This document shows positions 54,624-64,000 of a stretch of 64,000 bases of DNA, piece by piece; position 1 is the first letter of the stretch, and each line of letters begins with the position of its first letter. This stretch comes from an uncultured Verrucomicrobiae bacterium. GTDB lineage: Bacteria; Verrucomicrobiota; Verrucomicrobiia; Limisphaerales; JAFGQR01. The notes beneath the pieces were generated by a model that had not been told where the DNA came from, did no database searches, and saw only the letters and a list, made by a program, of their open reading frames with translations. The stretch is taken from assembly GCA_963788655.1 (NCBI GenBank), contig CAWBHS010000009.1, forward strand, positions 32,001 to 96,000, read 5' to 3'. A program made the translations under genes and the position numbers.

Positions 54624-55997
54624 GCAATCTCCGTCTTTTGTCCGTTCGCACCAAGGCCACACGATGAACTGAATGCGTCCAACATTTCAAACCAGCGGAA
54701 TGCAATTCTCCCTCTCCCCCGGGGAGAGGGCCGGGGTGAGGGGGAAGGAACCGCACCGCTACGCATGACGCTTGAAAATTGCCGAGGGCGCTCGCCGTTC
54801 AATGCGCACCGGTTGCGCAGGTCGAACGCGCCGTTCCCCCTCACCCTAACCCTCTCCCTGGGGGAGAGGGAACCGCAGGCGGACGATGCGAGAAGTTTGC
54901 AGGAAGCAACTGCAATCTCCGTCTTTTGTCCGTTCGCACCAAGGCCGCACGATGAACTGAATGCGTCCAATATTTCAAACCAGCGGAATGCAATTCTCCC
55001 TCTCCCCGCAGGAGAGGGCCGGGGTGAGGGGGAAGAGAACTTCCGACTTGCCGAACACGCCGACTTCGGCAGAATGCCGCCATGACTCCGCCCAAGTTCA
55101 CGAAGATCGCCCGCACTCTTCGTAAGCGCGACACGTGGGCTGAACAACTTCTTTGGAAGTGGCTTCGTGATCGGCGATTCTCCGCATACAAATTCCGCCG
55201 ACAGCATCCCTATCCTCCCTACATACTCGATTTCTTTTGTCTGGAAGCCTCGCTCAATATCGAACTCGACGGCGGGCAGCACGGAACGCCGGAAACCAAA
55301 AAGCGCGACATGGAACGCGATGCTTGGCTGGCGGCTCGTGGAATCAAAGTGCTTCGCTTTTGGAATGGCCGGTTGCGACGTGAAAAAGATGTCGTCCGGG
55401 ACGCCATTTGGAACGCGTTGCAGGAGCGGGCGCCCCAACCCATGCCGGAGTATTGCCGGCCGATGCAGCCAGGAGTGAAACCACGCGGAGTTTAGTGATC
55501 GCGCGCTGTTCCCCCTCACCCTAACCCTCTCCCTGAGGGAGAGGGAACAGCAGTCGAGCGATGCGAGTTGTTCGTAATTACCAGTGGCAATCTCCGCCTT
55601 TTGGCCGTTTGAACCAAGGCCGCATGATGAACCGAACCTGTCCAGCATCTCAAACCAGCAGAGTGCAATTCTCCCTCTCCCCCAGGGAGAGGGCCGGGGT
55701 GAGGGGGAAGGAGGCGTACGGCTATCCGATGCACTTGAAAATCGCTGAGGGCAATCGTTGTTCAATGCGGACCGGCTGCGCAGGTCGAACGCGCCGTTCC
55801 CCCTCGCCCTGACCCTCTCCCTCAGGGAGAGGGAACAGAAGTCGGATGATGCGAGTCGTTCGTAAAGACTAATTGCATGTCTCGCCCTTTGTCCGTTCGC
55901 ACCGAGGCCACACGATGAACTGAACGCGTTCAACATTTCCAACCAGCGGAGTCCGATTCTCCCTCTCCCCCAGGGAGAGGGCCGGGGTGAGGGGGAA
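54624..55997. repeat. 288-bp-period array of seven alternating family D palindromic repeats enclosing a DUF559 gene
   Basis: R at 54706, 54994, 55669, 55957; F at 54834, 55509, 55797; F-to-R spacers 121 bp, R-to-F spacers 87 bp except one 474-bp slot carrying the gene. Confidence 0.92.
55082..55495 (+). CDS. DUF559 (YcjD/Vsr-like PD-(D/E)XK) endonuclease
   Basis: ARTLRKRDTWAEQLLWKWLR, KFRRQHP, YILDFFC, IELDGGQH, RDAWLAARGIKVLRFWN. Confidence 0.92.
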   Translation: MTPPKFTKIARTLRKRDTWAEQLLWKWLRDRRFSAYKFRRQHPYPPYILDFFCLEASLNIELDGGQHGTPETKKRDMERDAWLAARGIKVLRFWNGRLRREKDVVRDAIWNALQERAPQPMPEYCRPMQPGVKPRGV

Positions 55998-56052
55998 GGA
56001 GACGCCTGCCCACCAGTGATAGGCACTTCACTCCGACCTGTGTGAACGGCGC

Positions 56053-58735
56053 TCATGTTTGGGGCTTGTTTTTCGCCGCGACACCGTCTTTTAGGACGGG
56101 GGCGGCCCGGTTCATTTCCAACAGTAATCGAAGCGCGGCGCGGAAGCGCGGAGCGTCTTCGAGGGCTTGCAACAGGTGGCGTTTGGCGGAATGGTCGCCG
56201 ATCTGATTGAGCAAACGCGCCAAGTTGTAATGGAGTTCCACCGGATTGGCGGGATCAAGTTTCAGCAGGGCCTGATATGCCTCGATGGCCGGTCGCGGTT
56301 CGCCCAGGGCCTCGCTGGCTTCCGCCAGGTAACGATGCGGCGGCGGCACGAGCGGATTGACGGCGAGATAACGGCGCGCATTCAGCGCTACGGCGGGCCA
56401 GTCTTTGGCGGCGGCGTCCAGTTCCATCAGGCGCAGATAGGCGTCGGTGGCGGCGGCGTCACGGGCGGCGAGTTGCTTCAGTGCCTGATGTTCGAGATTG
56501 GTTTCGTTCAGTTCCCGATGGGTCTGGGCCAGCATCCCGTACGCGTTGTCGGGGCCAAGGTAGTCCGGACATAGCTTGATGAGGGTTTCGAGCGGTGCTT
56601 TGGCTTCCTGCCATTGCCTGCCGGCAACCAACGTCTGCGCGCGATGCATCAAAGCATAGAAGTTTGTGGGATGAGCACTGGCCCACGTGGCCAATGCCTC
56701 GGGATCTAGTGCAGCGCGTTGTGGGGCAGTCGGTGCGTTTCGACGAGATTCCCCGTTCGCGCGGCCTTGGGCGAGTTGCTCCATCGGGGGCTTTTCCCAA
56801 TCGAGCGCCGGCCCCAGTGCTTTGGCGCGTTCCCGGGCAAACGCGGCGAAGTCTTTTTCCAGTGTGGCCATGGGTGCGGTGTGTGCCTCGATGGCGTGAT
56901 TGATTTCGGTGCCGTCCGCCAGGTCGTGCAATATGGCTTTCAGTTGCTCCAGGCCGAAACGCTTTACCAAAAACTCCACCACCAGCGACGATTCGTAGTA
57001 CGCCAAACTGAAGATGCTCCGGCGTGGGCGGTGCGAGAAAGGCGCTGCTCAAATCGGCAATGGGCGTCAGTCCATCATCAAGGACCATTTCCCGATACCG
57101 CGGTGTCATACGTTGGCCCCAAGTCGGATTGGTCTGGCTTTCCTCATAGACCGAAATGCCTTCGCTTAGCCAACGGGGCATTTTGTTGCGGGTCAATTGC
57201 AGCGTGACGACATGACAAAACTCGTGCCAGAGCACCGCCTGCCAATTGGCCGCGTGCGCTGATGGCGAGGCGGGACTGTTGGCAGTGATCACCCGGCCAA
57301 AGCAGACGCCGAGATAGCCGGGGTTGTCCGGCATGCCGAACGTGCGCACGCCGAAATCCTTTGGATCGGGGAAGATCTCCACCACCGTGGGCTGCTTGAT
57401 TTCGAGCCCGTATTTCGCGCACAGGTTGCTCTTGGCTTGGTCCAGCAACGCCAACGCGCGCTGCCCGTAAATGTCTGCTTCGTCCCCCTTCATCCGCACG
57501 ATGAAATCGCGGTTGGTGACGGTTTGGAACTTCTGCATGGTTTCGCGCAGGGTGACCAGGTTGTAAGCCGTGACATCGTAGCCGTCCTCATCGTGAACTT
57601 TCTCCGCCATTGCCCAACCTTCTGCTTCGTCGCCCAAACGCAGCAGGTCCTGCGCAAGTTGGGCTTTGGCGGGCAGGTAATCGGCGTCAAACGCCAGCGC
57701 CTGGCGTTGGTGCGCCGCGCCTTCAGCGAACCGGTATTTTTGCGACAGCTTTAGGCCAATCAAATACTCGACACGCGGATTGGTCTTCCAAAAGCGCAAG
57801 GCGGTTTCGCGGGCGGCTTGCTCTTTGTCCGGGTGGTTTTCCAAATGTTCGATCACCGCCTGGTAGGCCCAGGCGTCGGGGTGCCAGGGATTAACCTCGC
57901 GAATACGGTCCAGCACCTTGGTGGCGCCGGCATATTCCTCCGCGTCGATCAAATGGTCCACCATCAACAGCAGACTGGGCACGTGATTGGTGTTCTGGTT
58001 CAGCGCGGCGGCAAGTTCGCCCTGCATCTGGATCTGTTCGCTGGGCGCATAAGCGCGGGCCAGACCGTAGTGGAAGTCAGGGTCGTCAGGGAAACGCTTG
58101 AGCCCTTCGCGATACACTTTGGCGGCCAGTTCAAAGTCGTGTTTGTCTAAAGACAGTTCACCGCTGGCCAGGTAAGCCTCGCGCAAATCCGGATCCTCGC
58201 GTTTGGCCGAATCATACACCTGTTCGAGAATCAGTCGCGGATCGGCGCCCAACAGCAAGAGCGTCCGGCCAAAAGCCAGCCGGTTGACCGGATCCCGATA
58301 GGCCCAGGGGCGGGTCCGGATCAGCAGGTTGATTTGCCGCAGCATGCTCTCGGCCTCGTCGGTCTGACCGTTGCTCAAATACACTTCCCGACCCAGCAGG
58401 CGCAGCCGGATGCTCGTGGAGTATTGCTCGAGCGCATTGGTGATGGCCGACCGCGCCTCGGCATATCGGCCCAGCGTGAGCAACGTTTTGGCGCGCACCA
58501 ACCGCCAGTCCTCCTGATACCGGTCATTGCGAATCGCCTCCTCCGCCATCGCCAAAGCATTGGTGTAGTGGCCGGTACGGAACTGGTCCCAAGCGTCATC
58601 CGGATCGGCGCCGTGAACGGCGGTTGCGGCGACTCCGAGGCCGGTGACCAAAGTCAGAACGAAGGCGACGATGGCCTGCCGCCAGCAGCAAATCGCCCCG
58701 CAAGTGCGGTTTGCGTTCTGACTAATCTCGAACAT
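56053..58735 (-). CDS. Secreted TPR protein with peptidase MA (gluzincin-like) domain; one frameshift near 57005 (alternative start 58768)
   Basis: Signal peptide, many TPRs, LWHEFCHVV (HExxH) plus PRWLSEGISVYEE, AYYESSLVVEFL, C-terminal TPRs. Confidence 0.85.
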
Positions 58736-59132
58736 GCCTGTATCTAAACCCATTTGCTCTGATAACACAAGGACGGCTACCGGGAATGTTTGGCTTTCCC
58801 CGGCCCATCATCCATCGCCGGCATTCCTTCAATCTCAATCAATGTCTTCACATTGGAACGCTGTGGGATGGGCCAACGGCGATCCGATCTTGTCCGGCAG
58901 GATGTCACAATCCCGGCGCGGGTCAAACTCGGAACCCAAGGAGAGAGGATGGGGAATCCGAAGGTCGAAGGCCGAAATCCGAAAGAAATCCGAAATCCCG
59001 ATAGCAGCTCGGTTCTTATTTCTGCGACGTTTCAACTCCTCCACGGCCGCTCCGTTTCGGTTGACTGTCGCCAGCCCTCCTCGTTAGTCTGTTGGCTTGA
59101 ATTAACCAATAACAACCAGCTTCTAAGTGTGT

Positions 59133-60017
59133 ATGGCTAACAAGAAAAAAATAACGCGGCGTACGGCGATTCAAACCATGGCCGGCAGCGCCGCTGTATT
59201 GGGTGCCGCGGTGGCGAGTTCTCCGCTCGCACGGGCCGCCGATGAATCCTCGGCGAAACTCAAGGGCAACATCCATCATTCCGTTTCCAAATGGTGTTAC
59301 GGCAAGATTCCGTTGGACCGGTTTTGCCAGGAAGTCAAAGCGATGGGCCTCGAGTCCGTCGAACTGTTGGGCCCCAAAGAATGGCCCGTCGTTAAACAGC
59401 ACGGCTTGGTGTGCGCCATGTGCAATGGACCGGACAACATCGGCTACGGCTGGAACCGGGTGGACCATCACGACAAGCTCCTCGAGGGATTTGCCAAAGC
59501 CATCCCCGAGGTGGCCAGTTATGGGTTTCCCCACATCATCACTTTCTCGGGAAATCGCGGCGGTATGGATGACGAAACCGGCATCAAGAACTGTGTTCAG
59601 GGTTTGAAGCGACTCATGCCCATCGCCGAAAAGAACAAGGTGACCGTGGTCATGGAGTTGCTGAACAGCAAGGTGGACCACAAGGATTACATGGCTGACC
59701 ACACCGCCTGGGGCGCCGAAGTTTGCAAACAGGTTGGGTCCGAGCGGCTCAAGCTGCTGTACGACATCTACCACATGCAAATCATGGAAGGTGACCTCAT
59801 TCGGACCATCCGGGACTTCCATCAATACATTGCCCACTTCCACACCGGTGGCAATCCCGGCCGCAATGAAATTGACGAGACGCAAGAGATTTACTACCCC
59901 GCCGTCATGCGGGCCATCGTCAAGACTGGTTATCAAGGGTATGTTGGCCAGGAATTCGTGCCCAAGCGCGCTCCGCTGACTTCCTTGCGGCAAGCCATTC
60001 AGATCTGCGACGTTTAG
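59133..60017 (+). CDS. Tat-exported hydroxypyruvate isomerase-family (AP endonuclease 2 TIM barrel) protein
   Basis: TRRTAI twin-arginine signal; MELLNSKVDH, LLYDIYHMQIMEGD, HFHTGGNPGRNE, GQEF. Confidence 0.88.
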   Translation: MANKKKITRRTAIQTMAGSAAVLGAAVASSPLARAADESSAKLKGNIHHSVSKWCYGKIPLDRFCQEVKAMGLESVELLGPKEWPVVKQHGLVCAMCNGPDNIGYGWNRVDHHDKLLEGFAKAIPEVASYGFPHIITFSGNRGGMDDETGIKNCVQGLKRLMPIAEKNKVTVVMELLNSKVDHKDYMADHTAWGAEVCKQVGSERLKLLYDIYHMQIMEGDLIRTIRDFHQYIAHFHTGGNPGRNEIDETQEIYYPAVMRAIVKTGYQGYVGQEFVPKRAPLTSLRQAIQICDV

Positions 60018-60087
60018 CTTCGTTACAGCATGGCGGGTGTCGTTGGCTTGACCCTGTCCGGCTGAACCAAACATTTCACACTCGCAA

Positions 60088-60156
60088 TAGCCGCTGATGT
60101 CAGGAGGCGGAGCGGATTCAGAGCGCGTCGAGTCCGCCTCTTTACGTCGGCGGCTA
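60088..60156. repeat. Degenerate REP-like inverted pair
   Basis: TAGCCGCTGATGTCAGGAGGCGGA ... TCCGCCTCTTTACGTCGGCGGCTA. Confidence 0.6.
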
Positions 60157-60240
60157 AAGTTTGTCGGTGATTTAAACGCGGTGTGAAATGGCGAGCTAAC
60201 GGGCTTGCTGGGCCGGCTCGGGACTGGCTACAACTCGGGA

Positions 60241-61005
60241 GTGCAAATCGATCCTCAGGCCCCCGTTCTGGTCACCGGCTCCGCCGGTCGCATTGGACAA
60301 GCCGTCGTGTCCGCTCTGGCCGCGTGCGGTCGCCGGGTGCGCGGGTTTGACCTTCGGCCAACCCCGGGCACGGATGACTTTGTCGTTGGCAACCTGCAGG
60401 AATTGGAACCGGTGCGAAACGCAGCGGCCGGCGCAGCGGCGGTGATTCACCTTGGGGGCGTGCCGGACGATGACGATTTCCTGACCCGCCTGTTACCGGT
60501 CAATATTCTCGGCGCGCACAACGTGTTCGAGGCCGCCCGACTCAACGGCATCAAACGGGTGGTGCTGGCGAGTTCGGGTCAGGTCAACTGGTGGCAACAA
60601 CTCGAAGGCCCGTGGCCCGTTCGGCCGGACGATCCCTATACGCCTCGCCATTGGTATGCCGTGGGTAAGATTTTCCTCGAAGCCGCCGGGCGGGCTTATG
60701 CGCGCAGTTTCGGCATGACGGTGCTGGCAGTTCGGCTGGGCTGGTGTCCACGAACGCAGGCTCACTTGGACGAAGTCGGCAACAGCCCACAAGCGCCTGA
60801 CATTTACCTCAGTCCGGGTGATGCCGGCCGCTTTTTTGCCCGCGCCATCGAGGCGCCGCTGGAACCAAGTTTCGCGGCGCTTTACGTGGCGAGCCTGCCC
60901 GTCCGTCAGGCGGTATTTGACCTGCAACCTGCCAAAGATCTCCTGGCCTGGGAACCGCAAGACCAGTGGCCAACCGGCGCTACTGAGGGACTGGCAACCA
61001 CGTGA
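60241..61005 (+). CDS. NAD-dependent epimerase/dehydratase (uronate dehydrogenase-like SDR)
   Basis: VLVTGSAGRIG Rossmann motif, ASSG, YAVGK catalytic YxxxK. Confidence 0.85.
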   Translation: MQIDPQAPVLVTGSAGRIGQAVVSALAACGRRVRGFDLRPTPGTDDFVVGNLQELEPVRNAAAGAAAVIHLGGVPDDDDFLTRLLPVNILGAHNVFEAARLNGIKRVVLASSGQVNWWQQLEGPWPVRPDDPYTPRHWYAVGKIFLEAAGRAYARSFGMTVLAVRLGWCPRTQAHLDEVGNSPQAPDIYLSPGDAGRFFARAIEAPLEPSFAALYVASLPVRQAVFDLQPAKDLLAWEPQDQWPTGATEGLATT

Positions 61006-62909
61006 GTATGAGTAGTTCGGAGCGATCCTCAGTGAGACTTTGGGCGGGCTGCGGATCGGCCCTGGGCGAGTTGGCCCTGTTCATCATCGCCACCGGTTTC
61101 AAGGCGCGCTGGCTGGCCGGGGAAATGAATCTGAGCACTGTCTCCGGCGATCTGGCCAATCTGCTGCTCTTGTTGGGGGCGGGCTGGTTGGTGCTGGGTT
61201 TCCCGATACGAATCCGCCGTGGCGTCATGCTCGGCATATCCCTCACCTTGAGTGCCCTGTTGTTCGCGGATCGCGTTCACTTCCGGGCGTTCGGTGACGT
61301 GATCAGCGCGCCGGAATTCGGGCACGCGGCGCAACTTTCCGAATTCGTCAGCGGAGTGTTCCCTTACGTGTACTGGCGCGACTTCTTGCTCCTGGTGGAC
61401 ATTCCGGTGTGGATTTGGCTGTTGAGTCGTAAGCGGTCTGCGCTGCCGGAGTTCCGCCCACGAGCCGTTGTCTGGCTGAGCGGTGCGCTGGTCTGCCTGG
61501 GCGCCTACGGTTTCGTCCTGCGCGAGTTTGTCGTCGCCCTGAGCGAGGAGCACGAATCAATGGTTGCCAATCGCGCGTTTGCCGTCCGCGAGAAAGGCCT
61601 CCTGACTTACCATCTGCTCGACGTTGTGGAAACCGTGCGCATCCACCCCGAGCGGAAGGCCGTGTCAGACCGGGACCTGGCCCGAGTGCGGCAGTGGTTC
61701 GCGTCGAAGCAGCCCACAGGATCAGACCTTCTGCCCTTCGGGGTAGCCCGGGGATGCAACGTGCTGTTTCTGCAAGTTGAGTCGTTGGAGGCATTCGTCA
61801 TGGGATTGCGAATTGACGGCCAAGAGATTACGCCGCATCTGAATCAGTTGGCGCGGGAGCACTTTCATTTCAACCGGTTCTTCCCGCAAACGAGCCTGGG
61901 CAGCACTTCCGACGCGGAATTTTGTGCGCTGAATTCCCTCCTGCCGGCTGCTGAAGGCGTGGTGGCACGGCGCTATGCCGGGAACCGGTTTCACAGCCTG
62001 CCGCAAGTGCTGCACCCGCACGGCTATCACACGGCGGCCATGAGCGCATGTCATCCGAAGTTATGGAACATGGCTTGGATGCATCGCGCCTACGGCTTCG
62101 AACGGCGCTACTATTACGAGGACTTTGCCAACGGCCTCGAACACGAGTCGTTCATTCCCGACGATGTCTTTCTGACGCGGTGCCGCGAACTGTTGCGGGA
62201 ACAAGCCCGCCCCTGGTTCGCCCACGTAATGACCATCACCAGCCACACCCCGTTCACGTGGCTCCGCCCGGAACAGCGGCGGCTCCGCCTGGAAACGTTG
62301 GCGGACACGCGGCTGGCCGATTATTTGCAATCGGTGCATTTCGTCGATGCCGTGATCGGCGAATTCCTGGAAGGTTTACAGACTGATGGATTGGCTCAGC
62401 AGACGGTGATCTTTATTTATGGCGACCACCATGCTTTGCCCATGGAAGAACGCGCGCGAATTCGCACGCTCGAATCCGATCCGATCGGGCTTCGCTTGGA
62501 TGACCAGTTGCGCCGTCGCGTCCCGTTGTTGGTCATTGTGCCGGGTACGGCTCCGGGAGGCACTTGCGAGCGCATGGCCGGACAAATCGACCTGGCGCCG
62601 ACTGTGTTGCACCTGCTGGGCCTTCCAGAACGCGAAGCCCGTTTTCTCGGGCAGAACCTCTTAGGCACGGCGCCACCGCTGGTGTGCTTCCGGAACGGGA
62701 CGTTTGCCACGGCGGGACAGATGTTCCTCACCCCGGATGGCAAGTTCGAACGCGGCCATGGGGAGCCCATCGTGCCGGGGATGTCGCTCGATCCCGCGGG
62801 CGGCGCGAGGATCTATCGTGAAGTGCAGGAACGGATCTGGGTTTCGGATACGATCTTGGAATTCGACCTGATTCTGCGCCTCTTGAACGCATCGATCCAA
62901 GGACGGTAG
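61002..62909 (+). CDS. LTA synthase (LtaS)-family membrane sulfatase-fold enzyme
   Basis: N-terminal TMs then LQVESLE, ITPHLN, GSTSDAEF (catalytic Thr), TITSHTPF, YGDHH, GQIDLAPT. Confidence 0.85.
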   Translation: MSMSSSERSSVRLWAGCGSALGELALFIIATGFKARWLAGEMNLSTVSGDLANLLLLLGAGWLVLGFPIRIRRGVMLGISLTLSALLFADRVHFRAFGDVISAPEFGHAAQLSEFVSGVFPYVYWRDFLLLVDIPVWIWLLSRKRSALPEFRPRAVVWLSGALVCLGAYGFVLREFVVALSEEHESMVANRAFAVREKGLLTYHLLDVVETVRIHPERKAVSDRDLARVRQWFASKQPTGSDLLPFGVARGCNVLFLQVESLEAFVMGLRIDGQEITPHLNQLAREHFHFNRFFPQTSLGSTSDAEFCALNSLLPAAEGVVARRYAGNRFHSLPQVLHPHGYHTAAMSACHPKLWNMAWMHRAYGFERRYYYEDFANGLEHESFIPDDVFLTRCRELLREQARPWFAHVMTITSHTPFTWLRPEQRRLRLETLADTRLADYLQSVHFVDAVIGEFLEGLQTDGLAQQTVIFIYGDHHALPMEERARIRTLESDPIGLRLDDQLRRRVPLLVIVPGTAPGGTCERMAGQIDLAPTVLHLLGLPEREARFLGQNLLGTAPPLVCFRNGTFATAGQMFLTPDGKFERGHGEPIVPGMSLDPAGGARIYREVQERIWVSDTILEFDLILRLLNASIQGR

Positions 62910-62975
62910 AGCCGCGTTGCCTTAACTTGTCAACGACTCGACTTAAGAACACGGAAGCCGAGCGTCTCAGAAGAA

Positions 62976-63254
62976 TCACCACCGGAGTTTCCAACTGTAA
63001 TTCCGGCAAATCATCACAAATGACAAAACGATGATGGCAATCCAGATGAGCGGGTGAATTGACATCAAATGCCAGAATACCGGGAAACCGGTGTGTTGCA
63101 CTATGCGCTGGGGTACAAACGTCGGGTCCAAGCCCTTGGCCCAGCGCGGAAGCTGATAAAGCAGCACGGCATTGGACAATAATGCCAGCACCACGAGCAG
63201 ACTGTTTTCGAGAAACGTTGGCGGTCGCGAAACGTCCTGATCTTCCACATTCAT
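62976..63254 (-). CDS. Small hypothetical membrane protein
   Basis: 92-aa ORF with two hydrophobic segments in an AT-richer intergenic stretch; no recognised family. Confidence 0.35.
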   Translation of the reverse strand: MNVEDQDVSRPPTFLENSLLVVLALLSNAVLLYQLPRWAKGLDPTFVPQRIVQHTGFPVFWHLMSIHPLIWIAIIVLSFVMICRNYSWKLRW

Positions 63255-63392
63255 ACGGGTAGAACTTAGCCGTACCTATGCAGGAAGAAAACCACGAATC
63301 AACCATCGGAGTGGTGGGAGAAGGTCTTTCTTTTGGCCCTTGGACATTTCAATTTGGTTTGCCAGGTGGCGGGCACGGGCAAATGATGGGCC

Positions 63393-64000
63393 ATGCGAAT
63401 CATTCACCGCGTGGCTTCGATGCAACGTCTCGCCCGCCAATGGCGTCGGCAGGGAACTCGCGTTGCGTTGGTGCCCACGATGGGTTACCTGCACGCTGGC
63501 CATCTCAGCTTGATCCGCCGGGCCCGCCAAGCAGTGGGGCCGGATGGCACGGTGGTGGTCAGCATTTACGTGAACCCTACCCAATTCGGCCCGACTGAGG
63601 ATTTCGCCCGTTACCCGCGTGATTTTGCCCGCGACCGTGCGCTCTGCCGTCAGGAGGGTGCCGAGGTGATTTTTTGTCCATCTGACGCCGAAATGTATGC
63701 CGGCAAAGCCGCGGGTCAATACAGCACGTACGTGGTCGAAGAATCGCTGTCCCGCGTCATGGAAGGCGCCTCGCGCCCGACTCACTTTCGCGGCGTGACG
63801 ACAGTCGTCGCCAAGTTATTTAATCTCGTCCTGCCGGACTGCGCGGTGTTCGGAGCCAAGGATTATCAGCAGGCCGCGGTGATTCAGCGGATGGTGATGG
63901 ATCTGAATTTCTCGGTCAAAATTATCGTGGCGCCCATCGTTCGGGAGGCCGACGGACTCGCACTGAGTTCGCGCAACAAATATCTTCACGGCCCGTTGCG
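63393..64000 (+). CDS. panC: Pantoate--beta-alanine ligase, 3' end outside window (absent from the ORF track)
   Basis: Manual translation MRIIHRVASMQ...LVPTMGYLHAGHLSL...SIYVNPTQFG..EDF..YPR...SRPTHFRGVTTVVAKLFN...FGAKDYQQ...READGLALSSRNKYL. Confidence 0.95.
   Translation, partial: MRIIHRVASMQRLARQWRRQGTRVALVPTMGYLHAGHLSLIRRARQAVGPDGTVVVSIYVNPTQFGPTEDFARYPRDFARDRALCRQEGAEVIFCPSDAEMYAGKAAGQYSTYVVEESLSRVMEGASRPTHFRGVTTVVAKLFNLVLPDCAVFGAKDYQQAAVIQRMVMDLNFSVKIIVAPIVREADGLALSSRNKYLHGPL

Noticed and set aside
54624..55997. CRISPR-like array with a Cas nuclease, or a classical IS
   Set aside because: Repeats alternate in orientation, spacers are homologous, and the ORF is DUF559, not Cas or a DDE/HUH transposase.
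63276..63785. ORFs 63276-63785 (-) and 63278-63598 (+)
   Set aside because: Overlap the true panC frame starting at 63393.

Overview
GC-rich bacterial chromosomal window. The gene families (many prepilin-type/H-X9-DG proteins, Ig-rich secreted proteins, propeller histidine kinase, DUF4159-MoxR operon) suggest Verrucomicrobiota (Pedosphaerales-like); this is inference. It holds about 33 protein genes, including housekeeping and catabolic genes (LptF/G permease, xylA, proB, mazG, partial panC, GH28-like, LtaS-like), four secreted proteins sharing a C-terminal motif, a ~9.2 kb modular metallophosphoesterase gene and a ~17 kb minus-strand TPR/peptidase-DUF4159-MoxR-DUF58-vWA-DUF4175-GATase-caspase-like operon. 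At least 11 genes are frameshifted, most likely by sequencing indels. No rRNA, tRNA, CRISPR-Cas or classical transposase was seen, but at least five REP-like palindromic repeat families are present. Highlights: (1) a DUF559 endonuclease gene occupying one spacer slot of a 288-bp-period array of hairpin/G-quadruplex-type repeats, with a solo repeat pair 13 kb away, i.e. a candidate RAYT/REPIN-like system using a different nuclease; (2) three repeat insertions of different families in the MoxR operon each leave a stop-free frame on the operon strand that preserves (A/G)TGA translational coupling; (3) a shared C-terminal 'Y-x-V/L...W...(F/Y)(F/Y/W)R' motif that may be a sorting signal; (4) a hidden tri-heme cytochrome remnant missing from the ORF track.
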